From: Anthoceros angustus
Taxonomy: Eukaryota; Plantae; Anthocerotophyta
Assembly: GCA_010909165.1 (NCBI GenBank)
Contig: MU008151.1
Span: 558,001-622,000 of the forward strand
Reading direction: 5' to 3'
DNA length: 64,000 bases
Below, in pieces: positions 50,139 to 62,424 of this stretch (position 1 is its first letter; each line of letters begins with the position of its first letter). A program made the position numbers and the translations under genes. Below the pieces are notes generated by a model. It was not told the DNA's origin, did not search any database, and saw only the letters and a program-made list of their open reading frames with translations.

Positions 50139-53066
50139 TCACGGTCGACCCTTACAACTGCAACAACCATTTGCGAATCGATGCACACGGTACCCATCCC
50201 TTACAACAATGTCTCTCTGTTCAAGCCTTGACATGATCTCCGTGGAACTGTGGCAGTCACTGCACATGCGTAGATTCTTCGTTACCACCAGAGGTGTCCC
50301 ACTCGGAGTGTTCAACAGACCAAACGCCAGAGCTAGCTTCTCAGCATGCCCACAAAGCATCTTCCTTTTCCTTCTCAGACAGTGGCTTCAACACCAACTT
50401 TGTGTGAGGTGGCCTCCTTCCTGCTTCAGACGTGCATTCGTGCTCTACCTTTAAGCAATATCCTCTCCTTTCTCCCACCAAAATCTATGTACCTGCTTCA
50501 CCTCAACGTCGCCACTGCAGGTTTCTTGTTAGCTCCTGCTACCATTCTCTGTGTTTCAATCCTGTCTACATCGGTCCACCTACCTGCATCTGCATAGGCA
50601 TTGGCCATGAGCACATGCAGACGCCTCCTGAGGGTCCAGCCTAACAATGCTTTCAAAACACACCACATCGCCCTCTCTATCCCCGTGACTTTTGCAGGCA
50701 TTCAACAAAGACGTCAAGCCCACAACATTACTTTGGCCCTCACATGATAGCATCTTCTCAGCCTCATCTAAATGGCCCGCACGCCCAAGAAGATCAATCA
50801 TGCAATTGTAATGCTCAGTAGTAGGCTTGATGCCATGCTGTTCAGCCATGGAATCAAAGTGCTTACGACCCTCATCAGTCCTCATGACTGCATGCATGCT
50901 AGGCAAGTAAAAGTAGCATCATTAGGCTGAATACCGGCACTAACATCTCCTCAAAACAAGCTAGTGCCTTGTGACCATCACAAGTACCATACCCAGATAT
51001 CAGGGCATTCCATGTCACCACATCCTTTGTGTTCATGCTGTCAAAAACCTGGCGTGCATCTTCCAGTTCACCACATTTTGCATACATGTCCACCAGGCAG
51101 GTGCCCAACTACACATCCGTCCTCTTTTGACAATCTGTGAGTGCAGCTGCCTGCCCTTCTGTAAGGCACCAGTGCTTCCAGGCCTTCAGAAGGCAAGCAA
51201 AACATCGTTCAGCCAAACAGGCCCTCCTCCATTTGTCCATATACAACAAGCGCCTCTTGGCCAAGTCCTTGCTGTGCATACCCAGATATCAGGGCCGTCC
51301 ATGTAACCACATCCTTCGTGTTCATGCTGTCAAAAACCTGGCATGCATCTTCCAGTTCACCACATTTTGCATACATGTCCACCAGGCAGGTGCCCAACAC
51401 CACGTTATCCAGGAGTCCTCTTTTGACAATCTGTGAGTGCAGCTCCCTGCCCTTGTGTAAGGCACTAGTACTTCCACAAGCCTTCAGAAGGCACGAAAAA
51501 GTAACATCGTCAGCCAAAATGACGCCCGCCTCCTCCATCTGTCCATACACAACAAGTGCCTCTTGGCCGAGCCCTTGATGTGAATACCCAGCAATTAGGG
51601 CATTCCATGTCACCACATCCTTTGAAGCTAAGCTGTCAAAAACGTGGCGTGCATCTTCGAGTTCACCACACTTGGCATACATGTCCACCACGCAGTTGCC
51701 CAACACTACGTTATCTAGCAGTCCTCTTTCAACAATCAGTGAGTGCAGCTGCCTGCCCTTCTGCAAGGCACCAGTGCTTGCACAGGCCTTCAGAAGGCAA
51801 GCAAAAGTAATATGGTTAGCCAAAATCAACCCTTCCTGCTCCATTTGTGCATACAGAACAAGCGCCTCATGTAGCCCGCATATCCAGCTCATTCCATGTC
51901 ACCACATTCTTTGTGTCCATGCTGTCAAAAACCTGGCGGGCATCTTTCAGTTTACCACATTTTGCATATCCAGAGATCAGGGCATTCCATGTCACCACAT
52001 CCTTTGTGGCCATGCTGTCGAAAACCAGGCGTGCATCTTTCAGTTCACATTTTGCATACATGTCCACCAGGCAGTGCCAACAAACAAGTCAGGAGGAATG
52101 CCACTGTACCACATCACAGTGCACTTTTCAGATTCCAAGTCGGCGGCAAATGCACAAGCTTGAAGGGCAGCTACAAAGACGTGAGCATCCTTCACTCTGA
52201 CCTACGCATCTCATGGTACAGTTGTATGGCCTCATTAGGTTTCCCATGCTTAGCATATGCAGAGATTATGGAAAACCACATGAAGGTATTTGGTTTGCCC
52301 ACCCTGGTGAACACATCCATGGCCTCCTGCAGACTCCCTCCACATGCATACATGCGCAAGATATGGTTCCCCAAGAATGCATCGGACTCGTACCCGAGTT
52401 TAACAATGAGATCATGAACTCTTCGCCCCACAACCAAGTCCTTCTTGGCTGCACACAGTTTTAGCACAGTGTAAACCAGAGACTGAGAAATAGCAGAGCC
52501 TGTCTCCGCCAGAAATCCCAGGGCTCCAACCGCTTCAGAAAGCTTCCTCTGCTCACATAACGTGCGCACGGTTACAGCCGTTACGGCGCCCATTTCCGAT
52601 CCTCCGCGCCTGCCAGGTGCAGGCTTCTCCGGGGGGCTCGACTTGGAAGGAGAGGCACCATGACCCATCTGCATATCCAAGGAAACGAGCTGGTCATCAA
52701 CCCAAGCTGGCTTGAACGCATAGTGTCTATCCACAGGACCTCGCCGGAGCCCTTACGTCGGAAGTCAGGCGAACGGGAGCTCTTCTTATCTCGTCTGTTG
52801 TCCCACCACATGGTAGGATCCAGAAAAAATTGTTGCCACAAGTGCTCCTGCTCCTGGCGACCACCATCGGTGGCAAAACCGACCCCACCCACACATTTTC
52901 TCGGAAGCGGAAGCCCTGGGCTCCTCACACTGCAGCACCTGGAGGCTTGGCTGTTTGCCGGGGATTGACTCCTGGAATTGAGGTGGGCGGGAGCTTCTCG
53001 TAGAATTCCTGTACACACATCAGTTTGTTGGGTCCACAACGGCTCCGGTTGCCATACTGTGGCCAT
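50139..53066 (-). pseudogene. Copy J: full-length PDF-like + PLS-PPR-E-DYW:KP, frameshifted in this sequence (possibly intact in vivo)
   Basis: ATG 53066 (MATVWQPEPLWTQQ...PTMWWDNRRDKKSSRSPDFRRKGSGEVLWI). PLS ORFs at 52192-52734 and 51209-51892. Tail MLCGHAEKLA...CCSCKGRP*. Confidence 0.8.
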
Positions 53067-54336
53067 CGTTCAGGGACCGTTGCTCTAATATGAGGCGGGA
53101 CGCCCAAGTACTTACATACTGTGTATGACCACACCACCCTGAAGGACGGTGCAGACGGTTAGTGTCGAGGAAAAAGGAGACATGAGGCTAACAAAGCTGA
53201 CAATTTGCGAGGCTAGCTCTCGAGTTTGGACGGCTGACCTGCTCAGCCTGGGATCTTTCTGAAGGCTGGGCACCTCGGGTTTGGTACAGCCGCCAGTATT
53301 GATGGTCTGGTAACCTTTTTGTGATGGCCTATGCTACAAGAGCCAGCAAGAAATTGAAAAGATTGGACATGGCCCCTTGGTTCTCAATGCGTCTCCTCTG
53401 CGTATTGTTGAGCCCCTCCTGCTCCCGGCTGTGAAGGTCCTTAGGAGCAGTATGGCTGTAGATAGGTGTGTGTGTGCTTCAAGACCTCTAACTGCTTGAT
53501 TGGATGCATGAGACTGTGAATGCTCGGGAACTGCACATCCTCAGTCGTGCTTGACTAGTTCCAATGCTGTGTTGTGACTTGAGGAAATAACCCCAGAATA
53601 GTTAGGGTAATCAATCACGTTACTCTTATATTACACCTCTCTTGCATTCTATTTTTCTTATCACCTATCTATTTTATATTTTATATTTTATATTAGTTTT
53701 TATTTAAATATATTCAAAGCTGTTTCTATCATTTATATTTACTTCCTATCTTTATATGTGGTTTTTCCTTGGTTCTTCCTTGGGTCTTGGTTTTCTTGTG
53801 CAGCTTTCATCATTGGCAAGCCTTGTGAGAGCTTCTTGATCATTGGTAAGCTTTGTTGAACTCCTTATAGATTTTGCCTCTTTTCCCTCTCTCATAACTT
53901 TTGCCTATTTTTTCTCTCATCCCAAACATTAATTTTCTCTCTAGTTCAGACACATCTATGTATAATCGGCTTTTTACCTCTTTTATGTTATATAATCTCT
54001 GTCCCATGATGGTCGTTCTATCCTTAGTGCTTAGTGAACATGAAGACTTTATTGAAGAAAAAGAGATGAGAAATTCCATCTACCCCGAGACAAAGGGGAA
54101 CAACCCTTAGTGCCCAAGGGTTGTTCCCCGGAAATCGATGTATTGTGGAAAGCCTTAATTAACCCTTCACATGCTTCTGCCGCTCATGAAAACAATCCAA
54201 CCAATGGTATGACACCATGATTTTGTGATAAATTTTCAGAGCATGCCACGACATGCTAGTTTTAGACCCATCGGAAACCCTCTTCGAAGAATAAAAGCCA
54301 TAAACCCCCATCGGGTATATTCCCCCTCTTGAAAAA

Positions 54337-54990
54337 TTATGGTGTTCCTAGACCCAGAGGGACTAGCCCCTGCTTAAAACTAGCTACTGCTCCAAGAATG
54401 TCGTGGTCCGGGAAATGAAAGGGCCTACCTACCATTGGTGCCGAAGATGCCACATCTCTTCCGCTTGCCGCCGTCCTATATAGTATGCTGGCCAATGCCC
54501 TCTGCAAGGCGATGGACACGCATTGCCTGAAGAAAGCTACAATGCAAGAAAGGGGGAGACCAATCTCATTGTTGTGGCTATGGTAAGCCTTAGCTCAAGC
54601 TTTAATAAACCTGGCAAAATTCTTGCCCATGGCTCTGTGAGTCTCGATCGCAAGGAGGACGAAGGCGTGCGATTTGGAAAGCCTAGATGCAGGGGCGGGC
54701 CGGAAGGTAAGAACTTGCTCCCTTCCCCGAGCAAGAATGGAGGCGAGCTCGAGTGGGCTGGGAAATGGAGGAATCCGCGGAGAAAGGCCAGCTACGCCTG
54801 CCCATATTGCTTTTCAAGGAGGGATGCCTGAAGCGCACACGGCCCAACCTCGGGGAAGGAGGAAAAATAAGGTAGGGCTGCCTTAGCCTCGGAGGGTAAA
54901 GATCCCCTAGTCAATCTTAAGGACATTTGCAGGAGCAAAGCTCCCTCCTTAACGCCTATGACAAAGGCCTCCAAGATGCGGGAATCCCCG
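54337..54990 (-). mobile_element. Possible degenerate non-LTR retrotransposon 3' fragment (RLE/CRE-like)
   Basis: RVSIALQRALASIL resembles the 'SxALQRGNA'-type C-terminus of RLE-clade elements. Broken frames; lies next to a dispersed repeat motif at 54047-54129. Confidence 0.35.
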
Positions 54991-55129
54991 ATTAAGAAAC
55001 GGACTAGGCAAGGTGACTCTGTCCCTGTATAGAATCAACCACATGGACTGTGGACTCTTGACAAATGCCTGAAATTGTACTTGGTGCATAGTTTTGATGG
55101 ATGCCTTTGACGAAACGGCTTGGGAGAGG

Positions 55130-55285
55130 ACTTTTCTAGAAGGTTTGAATTACAAACAAGCCTCGTCAATTTTGATCTTGTGTGATAACAAGTCTACCAT
55201 TACTATGACCAGTAATCCTCGTTGTCATTACTGGATGAAGCATATTCAAATTAGACAGAACTACATATGTGAGGCAATATGTTGA
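55130..55285 (+). mobile_element. Ty1/Copia RNase H fragment
   Basis: ILILCDNKSTITMTSNPRCHYWMKHIQIRQNYICE matches the Copia CDNxSAI..A.NP..H.RTKHI.IR pattern. Confidence 0.8.
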
Positions 55286-55404
55286 TTCATGGGTTGTGAA
55301 GATTTTCTGTGTTTCCACATATTTGAATTCTAGTTATCTTCTAGTGAAGAATTTACCAAAATACAAGCATTTCATATATATACATATGGAGGCAATGGGC
55401 CTTA

Positions 55405-55624
55405 GAGAAGAGAAAAGGAAGAATTTTATTGAAGTCTACTAAGGACGGATTTCCATCATGGGACTTGGTATTTAACAACTTGTACCATGGTGTGCCTAAG
55501 CTACTTGCACCAAGGGCATCCACTCCCTTTAGGCACCCCATCTAAGTACCGATCTACTCCCTTTAAGCACCCCATCTAAGTACCGATCTACTCCCTTTAG
55601 GCACCCCATCTAAGTACCGATCTA
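55405..55624 (-). mobile_element. Reverse-orientation copy of the 28828 retroposon-like element, with a 34-bp segment triplicated
   Basis: Reverse complement of 28825-28960. ctccctttaggcaccccatctaagtaccgatcta occurs 3 times, at 55523, 55557 and 55591. Confidence 0.7.
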
Positions 55625-55637
55625 AAGGATGCTTGAT

Positions 55638-55878
55638 CACGAAGTGGCCGGCTCACACAAACACGAAGTGGCCTGCTCACACAACAACGAAGTGGCCGGC
55701 TCACACAAACACGAAGTGGCCGGCTCTCACAACAACGAAGTGGCCGGCACACACAACACGAAGTGGCCGGCTCACACAAACACGAAGTGGCCGGCACACA
55801 CAACACGAAGTGGCCGGCTCACACAAACACGAAGTGGCCGGCTCACGCAAACACGAAGTGGCCGGCTCACACAAATAC
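55638..55878. repeat. Minisatellite, ~10 units of 23-25 bp (acgaagtggccggctcacacaaac)
   Basis: Ten contiguous near-identical units with no unique spacers, ending ~190 bp before the lectin ATG. Confidence 0.95.
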
Positions 55879-56069
55879 TAGGTGTTTCTCTTCTTCTACT
55901 ACTCTCATTGCTGCAACCCCGCCTACACCTGACAATTCTTCCTCAGCTCGACCGACCACTAACATATCTTCCTTAGCTCGATCGATCCCGGAGTTTTTTC
56001 CTCAGCTAGATCGATCAGGCCCCCGACGCATAGACTGCAAAATTTGTGCAAGCTTCGCTACATATCGAC

Positions 56070-56522
56070 ATGGAGGCGTCCTGCAATCGCAGGCTGGCAG
56101 TTGTGCTGATGCTGTGCGTGTACATCTTGAGCGCGGGTTCGATCCAGAGGGCATCTGCGCTATGGCACCTGCGGCAGCGCGTGGGACTTTCCACCGGCTA
56201 CCAGCTGGTGCATGGGGTGTACCAGCTGAACATGCAGGAGGATTGCAACCTGGTGCTGTACCAGGACGGCGTGGGCGCTCTGTGGTCGACCGACACCTCG
56301 GGCGCCGGCACCAACTGCTACTTCGTGATGCAGGACGACGGCAACGCCGTGCTCTATACCGGCGCCAAGAGCTTCAACCAAGGCCCTGTTGCTATCTGGG
56401 CCACCAACACTTTCGGGCTCAACGACGGTGATCACGAAATCATCCTCCAGGACGACGGTAACGTGGTCATGTATAATGCCCATGGCTCCGCTATCTGGGC
56501 TACCAACACCGCCGGCCGGTAG
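56070..56522 (+). CDS. Secreted GNA-type (bulb/B-type) mannose-binding lectin, 150 aa
   Basis: Signal peptide MEASCNRRLAVVLMLCVYILSAGSIQRASA. Three intact QxDxNxVxY sites (QEDCNLVLY, QDDGNAVLY, QDDGNVVMY) with WSTDT/WATNT turns. Intronless, GC-rich. Confidence 0.92.
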   Translation: MEASCNRRLAVVLMLCVYILSAGSIQRASALWHLRQRVGLSTGYQLVHGVYQLNMQEDCNLVLYQDGVGALWSTDTSGAGTNCYFVMQDDGNAVLYTGAKSFNQGPVAIWATNTFGLNDGDHEIILQDDGNVVMYNAHGSAIWATNTAGR

Positions 56523-59244
56523 GCTTCTGGATCCATCTGCAGGCCAACAGCAACAAGGACCCCGGCTGGAGCTCCTGGACTAAGGGCCTTACAACTGTTA
56601 GCATTCCTGCGGCAATGTGGTGAGACTGGCAAGTATTTCCTAAGCATTTCTTCCTTAGGCCTGTGGACATGTTTAGCACAGATTTCGGGAGCTTGGAGGA
56701 AATTGCCCAAGATTCGTTACAAGTTCTATACGAGATTCTCGATGACGAACTCGTCCAACTGTGCTAGCTAGGCTAGCTAGCTCATTGCACTGTGCAGGAT
56801 GCATTCTTTTGTTGTGCAGGATGCATTTTTTTGTCGTGCAGATGCAGTGGTTGAATTGTAGATGTAGCCATCAGATTCTGCTTCCAACCTCCAGATAGAT
56901 GGATCGTGAAGGCATCCATCCATGGTTAAAAACCTCAACAGATTGTCAGACTTGGAGGGCTACCTTGGTAGACTTGTGCATGGTTGATAACAATTTACAA
57001 ACCGCCTCAAAGGTTCACTTAGCCTGTGGTGAAACTACAGATGTTGGCTCCCTCCAGGAGGCACGCGTGCTTTGCAGGTGTATTATTTACTATTATGCTG
57101 CTGCTGCAGGCATGGTTGGTCCCCAATCCCCCACGGAGGCGCCGTTGATGAGCGTCTGGCCAAGGGAGACGTACATGTTCTTGGACTTGTCAGCATGGGA
57201 GTCGAAATCGATGAAGATGGGTTTCTTGGTCCTCTCTCTCCTTGATGGCCAGGGAGGAGTTGCTAAGGACTCGTCTACTGAGGTAGCGAGCGGGATGGAG
57301 CGAGTCGATAAGCTCCTCGACAGGCCCGATGCCTGAAAACGATTATGTATCGGAGAAAACAATAATTTATTGGTACAGGGAAAAGGGTTTATATACACAT
57401 GTTTTGATGGTTATAACTGCCTAACTGCGGTTAGCGATAAAAACTGATTCGCTAAACTAGGCCTGAGTATGAGAAAATCAAACTTAAGTTCTGGGGAAAC
57501 GTGCCCTAATGCATCACGAGCTGATTCGCGTGCGCTGAACCTAAATGGCTATGCCACAACACTCCCCTTCGCTGCGAATGTGCTGTTCGTCAATCTGCTG
57601 GTCGTCAATCTACTGCTGATTATCTGGTGCCTTCATCAGCTCGTGAGTCACGTGATCACAACTGTGATTCAAGGGATCGGAAGTCTTAAGCGGCTGAAGT
57701 CCCCAAGCACAGATCTCGCAGAGCCAAAATTGGGAAGCAGTCATGGAGAACCATTCCTCATTCTACTGTACAGCAGACTTGCCAATGTGTCAGCATGAAG
57801 GAGCTCTGGATTCGCAGAAATCCAACTCGACCAGATGACGCTGAAGTGAGTAGCAGATGTGAAAATGCTGGTGAAAGCAGTCATTGTGGTCAGAAGGCAG
57901 CTCCCCCCTAAGTTGAACTCCTTAGGCCCTGAAGACTAGGCAGTTGTCCCAGACGGGACTCTAGCGAACCGTCCTAGATGATCTCTCACACGACCTCGAG
58001 ATTGCTGAGGCTCAGGAGAAGACATGGCAGAAATCCTGTTCAGAACCCACTCACGCGTAATGGAAGACAGGAAGAACAAGAAGAGTAGAAGTGTGGCACA
58101 CCTCGTCGCAGGTGACCTCTCTCCGACACGATCCATAAAGTATCGGACGAGCGACCAACGGGGCGTAACCCGACACCTGCAGTCTACGCAGCCTACGCTC
58201 CAAACTTTCATCACAGCTGAAGATATAGAGAAGAATCGCGCTGCAAACACGTACTACCATTTCAACACCGAGATATGTGAAGAATACCATAGATGTGCGT
58301 TCAACACCGAGTGAGATATGATCAATAAGTGAAGAATACCATAGATGTGTGCTGACGCATATTTAGGGTTTAGAGTTTTAGATAAAGTATTTATATATTG
58401 ATTATTAATAATAGATATTAATCGAGGGTCACATCTTTTCATTAGGGTCACACCCGTAAATGCATAGGTAGTCATGTGTAGGTAAATGTATCTATTCATC
58501 CTAGTTTTAAGTTGCTTTTACTTAGTGTTATATAGATATTCTTTTCTTGATGATTTAATGTGTAATTACTTAAATTATATGAAGTAATTGGTGTACATCG
58601 ACCTATAAAATTAACATTAAAGCCTACCACAGCCGTAGGAATGTGGTTGGTCTGCCCCTTTCTTGTGTGATGGCTTTTTTCAGGCAACGGATGTTCATGG
58701 CCCTGTAGACTAGGAGTTCTCCCCTATGGACAGTGCTGCAAAGTGGGTCTTCAACAATAGCCATTTTTCCTTCTCGTACGCCGCCATCTTCATGCTCCGC
58801 CTCTCACCACGTTCAGCCTTGCTCGGTTCATGATTCAAAACATTCGCACACCCTTGGTATGGTCGTCCCACAAGCATTTTGAGCAGCCCACTTTCAGCCA
58901 GCAGAAATGAGGGTTTGCAAACCCTCATGAAATGCAATTTAGTAACTATAATCTGCCTAACTATATAATAAGAAATTGTCACGATGCTATGATATGACAA
59001 TGACCAAATAAGCACTCACTAGCTAAACACGTAGTCATATACTCTAATCTCAGCTTCACTATATCATTTTCATGATTGCCGCTTGCGTGGCATGAAGATT
59101 TTTTCACAAGAAAGAGTCATTGAAATGTGGTTTAATGAAATTACGAATAAATTTAAAATCAAAATTATTATATTAAAAATATAATACAAATAAAATATTC
59201 TTCTATAATAAAATTACTATCTTTTATATATAAGATAGGGAACA

Positions 59245-59660
59245 AAACCGAGAATGGTCTACACTCTTGTTCTGAATGTAACATTGAGTGTAGTAGATCT
59301 TTCACTTCGTGTGAGATGTTGGGCCATTCATCTAGGTCCAATTGACTTATCCATTCTCCTTTTTCGGTGTCAAACTCATATCCTATGTAAGGACAATTTA
59401 CGGTTAAAACTTCATACAAAATGACTCCCGTGCTCCAATTATTAGCTTTTGAAGTATAGCTTGTGTTTACGTCATCTTCCGAGTCCAATACCTCCGGAGC
59501 CATGTAACATGGGGTTCCTGCAGCTCCCCTGTACAATAATTCCATTTTGGAGACATGGAACAGACAAACCAAAGTCTGCTAGTATGACTTTGAGATGGCT
59601 AAGTAATAATAGATTAGCCGGTTTCAAATCACGATGCATAACATTATGCCACATGGCAAA
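59245..59660 (-). pseudogene. Ser/Thr protein kinase pseudogene (C-lobe only, frameshifted, intronless)
   Basis: VMHRDLKPANLLL...ILADFGLS, then a frame change to AGTPCYMAPEVL...KANNWSTGVILYEVL...WPNISHEVKDLLHSML...RP. The subdomain-IX Asp is replaced by Asn, and no N-lobe motifs are visible. Confidence 0.82.
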
Positions 59661-59840
59661 AATTGATTCCCTTTCCTGTATATTTGTCATCCCTTTCATA
59701 GACTTTGGAAAAACCTTTGTCACCAATACATTTTCCACAAATGTATCTTTCTTGAAACATTCTCACTTCAATTTTCATAGTGGACTGCATAATTTTAAAG
59801 ATAGATAAATAGGAGTATTTATTTCCGTTTATACAACAAT

Positions 59841-59933
59841 AGAAATAATAGAGTAATTAGATATTAGGATTAGAAATAATATAGTAATTAGATATTAGGA
59901 TTAGAAATAACATAGTAATTAGATATTAGAATA
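59841..59933. repeat. 31-bp AT-rich tandem repeat x3
   Basis: agaaataat/ca.agtaattagatattagga occurs at 59841, 59872 and 59903. Confidence 0.85.
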
Positions 59934-61039
59934 ATCACGACATAGGATAAGGTGGCCATGAACGCGACTTGGACGCGGAGCAGAAACGTGGTTTACTAAC
60001 CTGGTAAATGTGAGTACCGACATAACACTAAAGCTAACAGCCACTTACCTAATACATGGTGCTCACAGAAGATATAAATTGGGAAGGAGGACCATAGAGA
60101 GGCAGTGTGTATTCAGAGAGTAAAGCTACCTATTTATCGGGTATCAGAGCCACCATACCGCGTGGGTATGAATGGCTAGGATCCACTGTAGCTTGCAGTG
60201 TCGCACTCATTAGAAAAGATAGCCCATGTGAAGTGTCACGAACTGCCTGACTACTCTGAAGATATGCTGTGTGAAAGTGTGCATATTGTCCTAGTATAGG
60301 ATACTACTAGTTGATGAGCTTAGGAAGGTGTTGTCCTAGCTGATCCGACTAGCCTGTGAGTACGTAGCTTACAAGATCGGAAAGGTTTGTGGAATTTTCA
60401 TGGTGATCAAGGCTGTGAACTGGCACGGCTTCATAATTTGCATCACTTCCGAAAGAAGGAAACGGCTGTGGTTCCTGACAGTGAAAGGGGTGTTAGAGGA
60501 ATGTCTAGCCAGAGAAGAAGTTGTGCCATGGACGGATGAACAGCTCCAAGCCTATGATTTCCTCTGCAAAGAGCTAGAATTCACATTGAATTTATGGCCG
60601 GACGAGCGCCAAGCCTGAGCGACACAAGCCAATCAGGTGCAAGACTTGGAAGCATGCTTTACGCCTCGAAGGCTGGGGAGCGACATGGGAGGGCCTTCTA
60701 GGCCTCCGCCAACAGCACCACCACAAATCACTGTTTCCTCTGTTGATAGGCTCTACGCCTATCCCTGTCCGGGTCCTAAAGCCGTCTATAGGGGTGGCAG
60801 GGAAGTCCCTAAACCTCCTTCTTCGTTTCCAGAGAGTGGCTTTGGCAGAGATACTAAAATTGTGATGTTAGGAACATGTGATGATCCTTGCTCACCTGAG
60901 TGGTATCGCTGCAGTCCCAACAGTGTAATTATGCAAAGGTTCAAGGTCATACTGGAGAGCGCAATAGTGGGTTGTTTCCTACTAGATCAGCAGAAAGGCT
61001 TGCCTACTATACATACGACATAACCGGACACAGATTTCC

Positions 61040-61845
61040 TGCGTAATCTGAGTCTAAGTAAACCTCAAGGTAAAGGGGAGTGCCATTCTGGTAAGCATAC
61101 TTGATTCCCCTATTTGGTGTTCCTTTGAGATAACGAAAAACTCGTTTCACGCAAGTCCAATGCTCTTATCCTGGATTTTCTAGGAGATAAAACCCTTGTT
61201 GAGAATGCCACTTCTGGTCTCGTCGTATTCGCTGCATATATTAGCTTGTCGACGCCCTATCTATAGGGAATAGTAGACATCTGATCTTTGTCTGTTTGCG
61301 TGACAGGTGACATACTCTTACTAAGTTTAAGGCCATTGGGAAGTGGAGTGGCAGTAGGCTTGGCGTCCTTGAGCCCAAGCTGCTCAGCACTCTCCAGAAG
61401 ATATCTCGGCTGAGACAAGGTTATAAATTTCTTCTCTTTGTTTCTTTGAATGTGAATTCCCAAGCAACTTTGAAGTGGCCCTAAATTTGACATCTCAAAT
61501 TTCTTTGCCAGCTGGTCTGTGATTTGCTTGATATAATCTTGGCTGTTACTTGACAGTATCAAGTCATCAACATAGACTGTGAGATAGCAAACTACATCAC
61601 CCTTGATGTATATATATGTAGAGGCGCTTCACGCCGCACAGTTTTGATCAGCTTACAAGCTAAGTGCTCTTTCCCTTTTGCTTCGTAGCCCGGAGGCTGT
61701 TGCATATAAATTTCAGTGTCAAGCTTCCCATGTAGGAAGGCTGTCTTAACATCAAACATTTGTAGTTCTAGTCCTTGTAGGCTGAGATGGCACATAGAGT
61801 GCGTAGGGTTGCAAACTTGATTATTGGTGCAAATGTTTCTACCCT
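61040..61845 (-). mobile_element. Ty1/Copia reverse transcriptase fragments, disrupted
   Basis: LELQMFDVKTAFLHGKLDTEIYMQQPPGYE; VYVDDLILSS...KFEMSNLG..LGI...LSQPRY...ATPL...IPYR. Confidence 0.9.
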
Positions 61846-62424
61846 ACTAGAAAGGGGAGCCTATGTTACAGTCGTTGTTGCAATTTTATGTTACACTTCT
61901 AACTTGCAACATCATTTGGAGGCTTGGTATTGAGTTTGTCATTTATTTCCCCAAGTGGGCCTACAATCTTAACACGAACCTGGCTCTCTCTCCTACCACT
62001 TCACCCTCTTAACTTCACCTCTCTCATTGCATTGTTTATAGATTCCCTCATGCAATTGCAACATGGTACTTAAGGACCCTCTCTCTCTTCTCCGAGTCCC
62101 ATCTTTATTACACCCCATTGGGAGTACAATTAGTTAATGTTTTTCCTAAACTCTTCTTTTGCGCTCTCTCTTAACAACTATTTGTTAATGGTTGCCAGAC
62201 ACGAATATCACACTTAAGGCATGCACCTTTAAAGGTGACCTAAACATAATATTATTTACCTATGTCTAAGTTAAGTGGGTCCGAGGCTCACTCTGTGTTC
62301 GGAGGCAAGGAGAAGGAGGGGGAGAGGAGCAGAAGGGGGAGAGGAGGGGGAAGAAGAGGAGGAGAGGAGGAAGGGGAGAGGCAAGGAGGAAAGGGGGGAG
62401 ATGGATCTGAGGTAGAGGAGGAGG

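Noticed and set aside
55638-55878. CRISPR-like array
   Set aside because: Units are contiguous with no unique spacers, there are no cas genes, and the context is eukaryotic. It is a minisatellite.
55763-56431. 222-aa ORF running through the minisatellite
   Set aside because: An artefact of stop-free repeat units plus an alternative frame of the GC-rich lectin gene.
56899-58314. ORFs of 100-145 aa between the lectin and the kinase remnant
   Set aside because: No motif I could recognise and frames are interrupted. Probably decayed gene or TE sequence; needs BLASTx.
60400-61023. 72-aa and 128-aa ORFs next to the Copia RT
   Set aside because: No recognisable domain. Possibly a TE accessory remnant, but unsupported.
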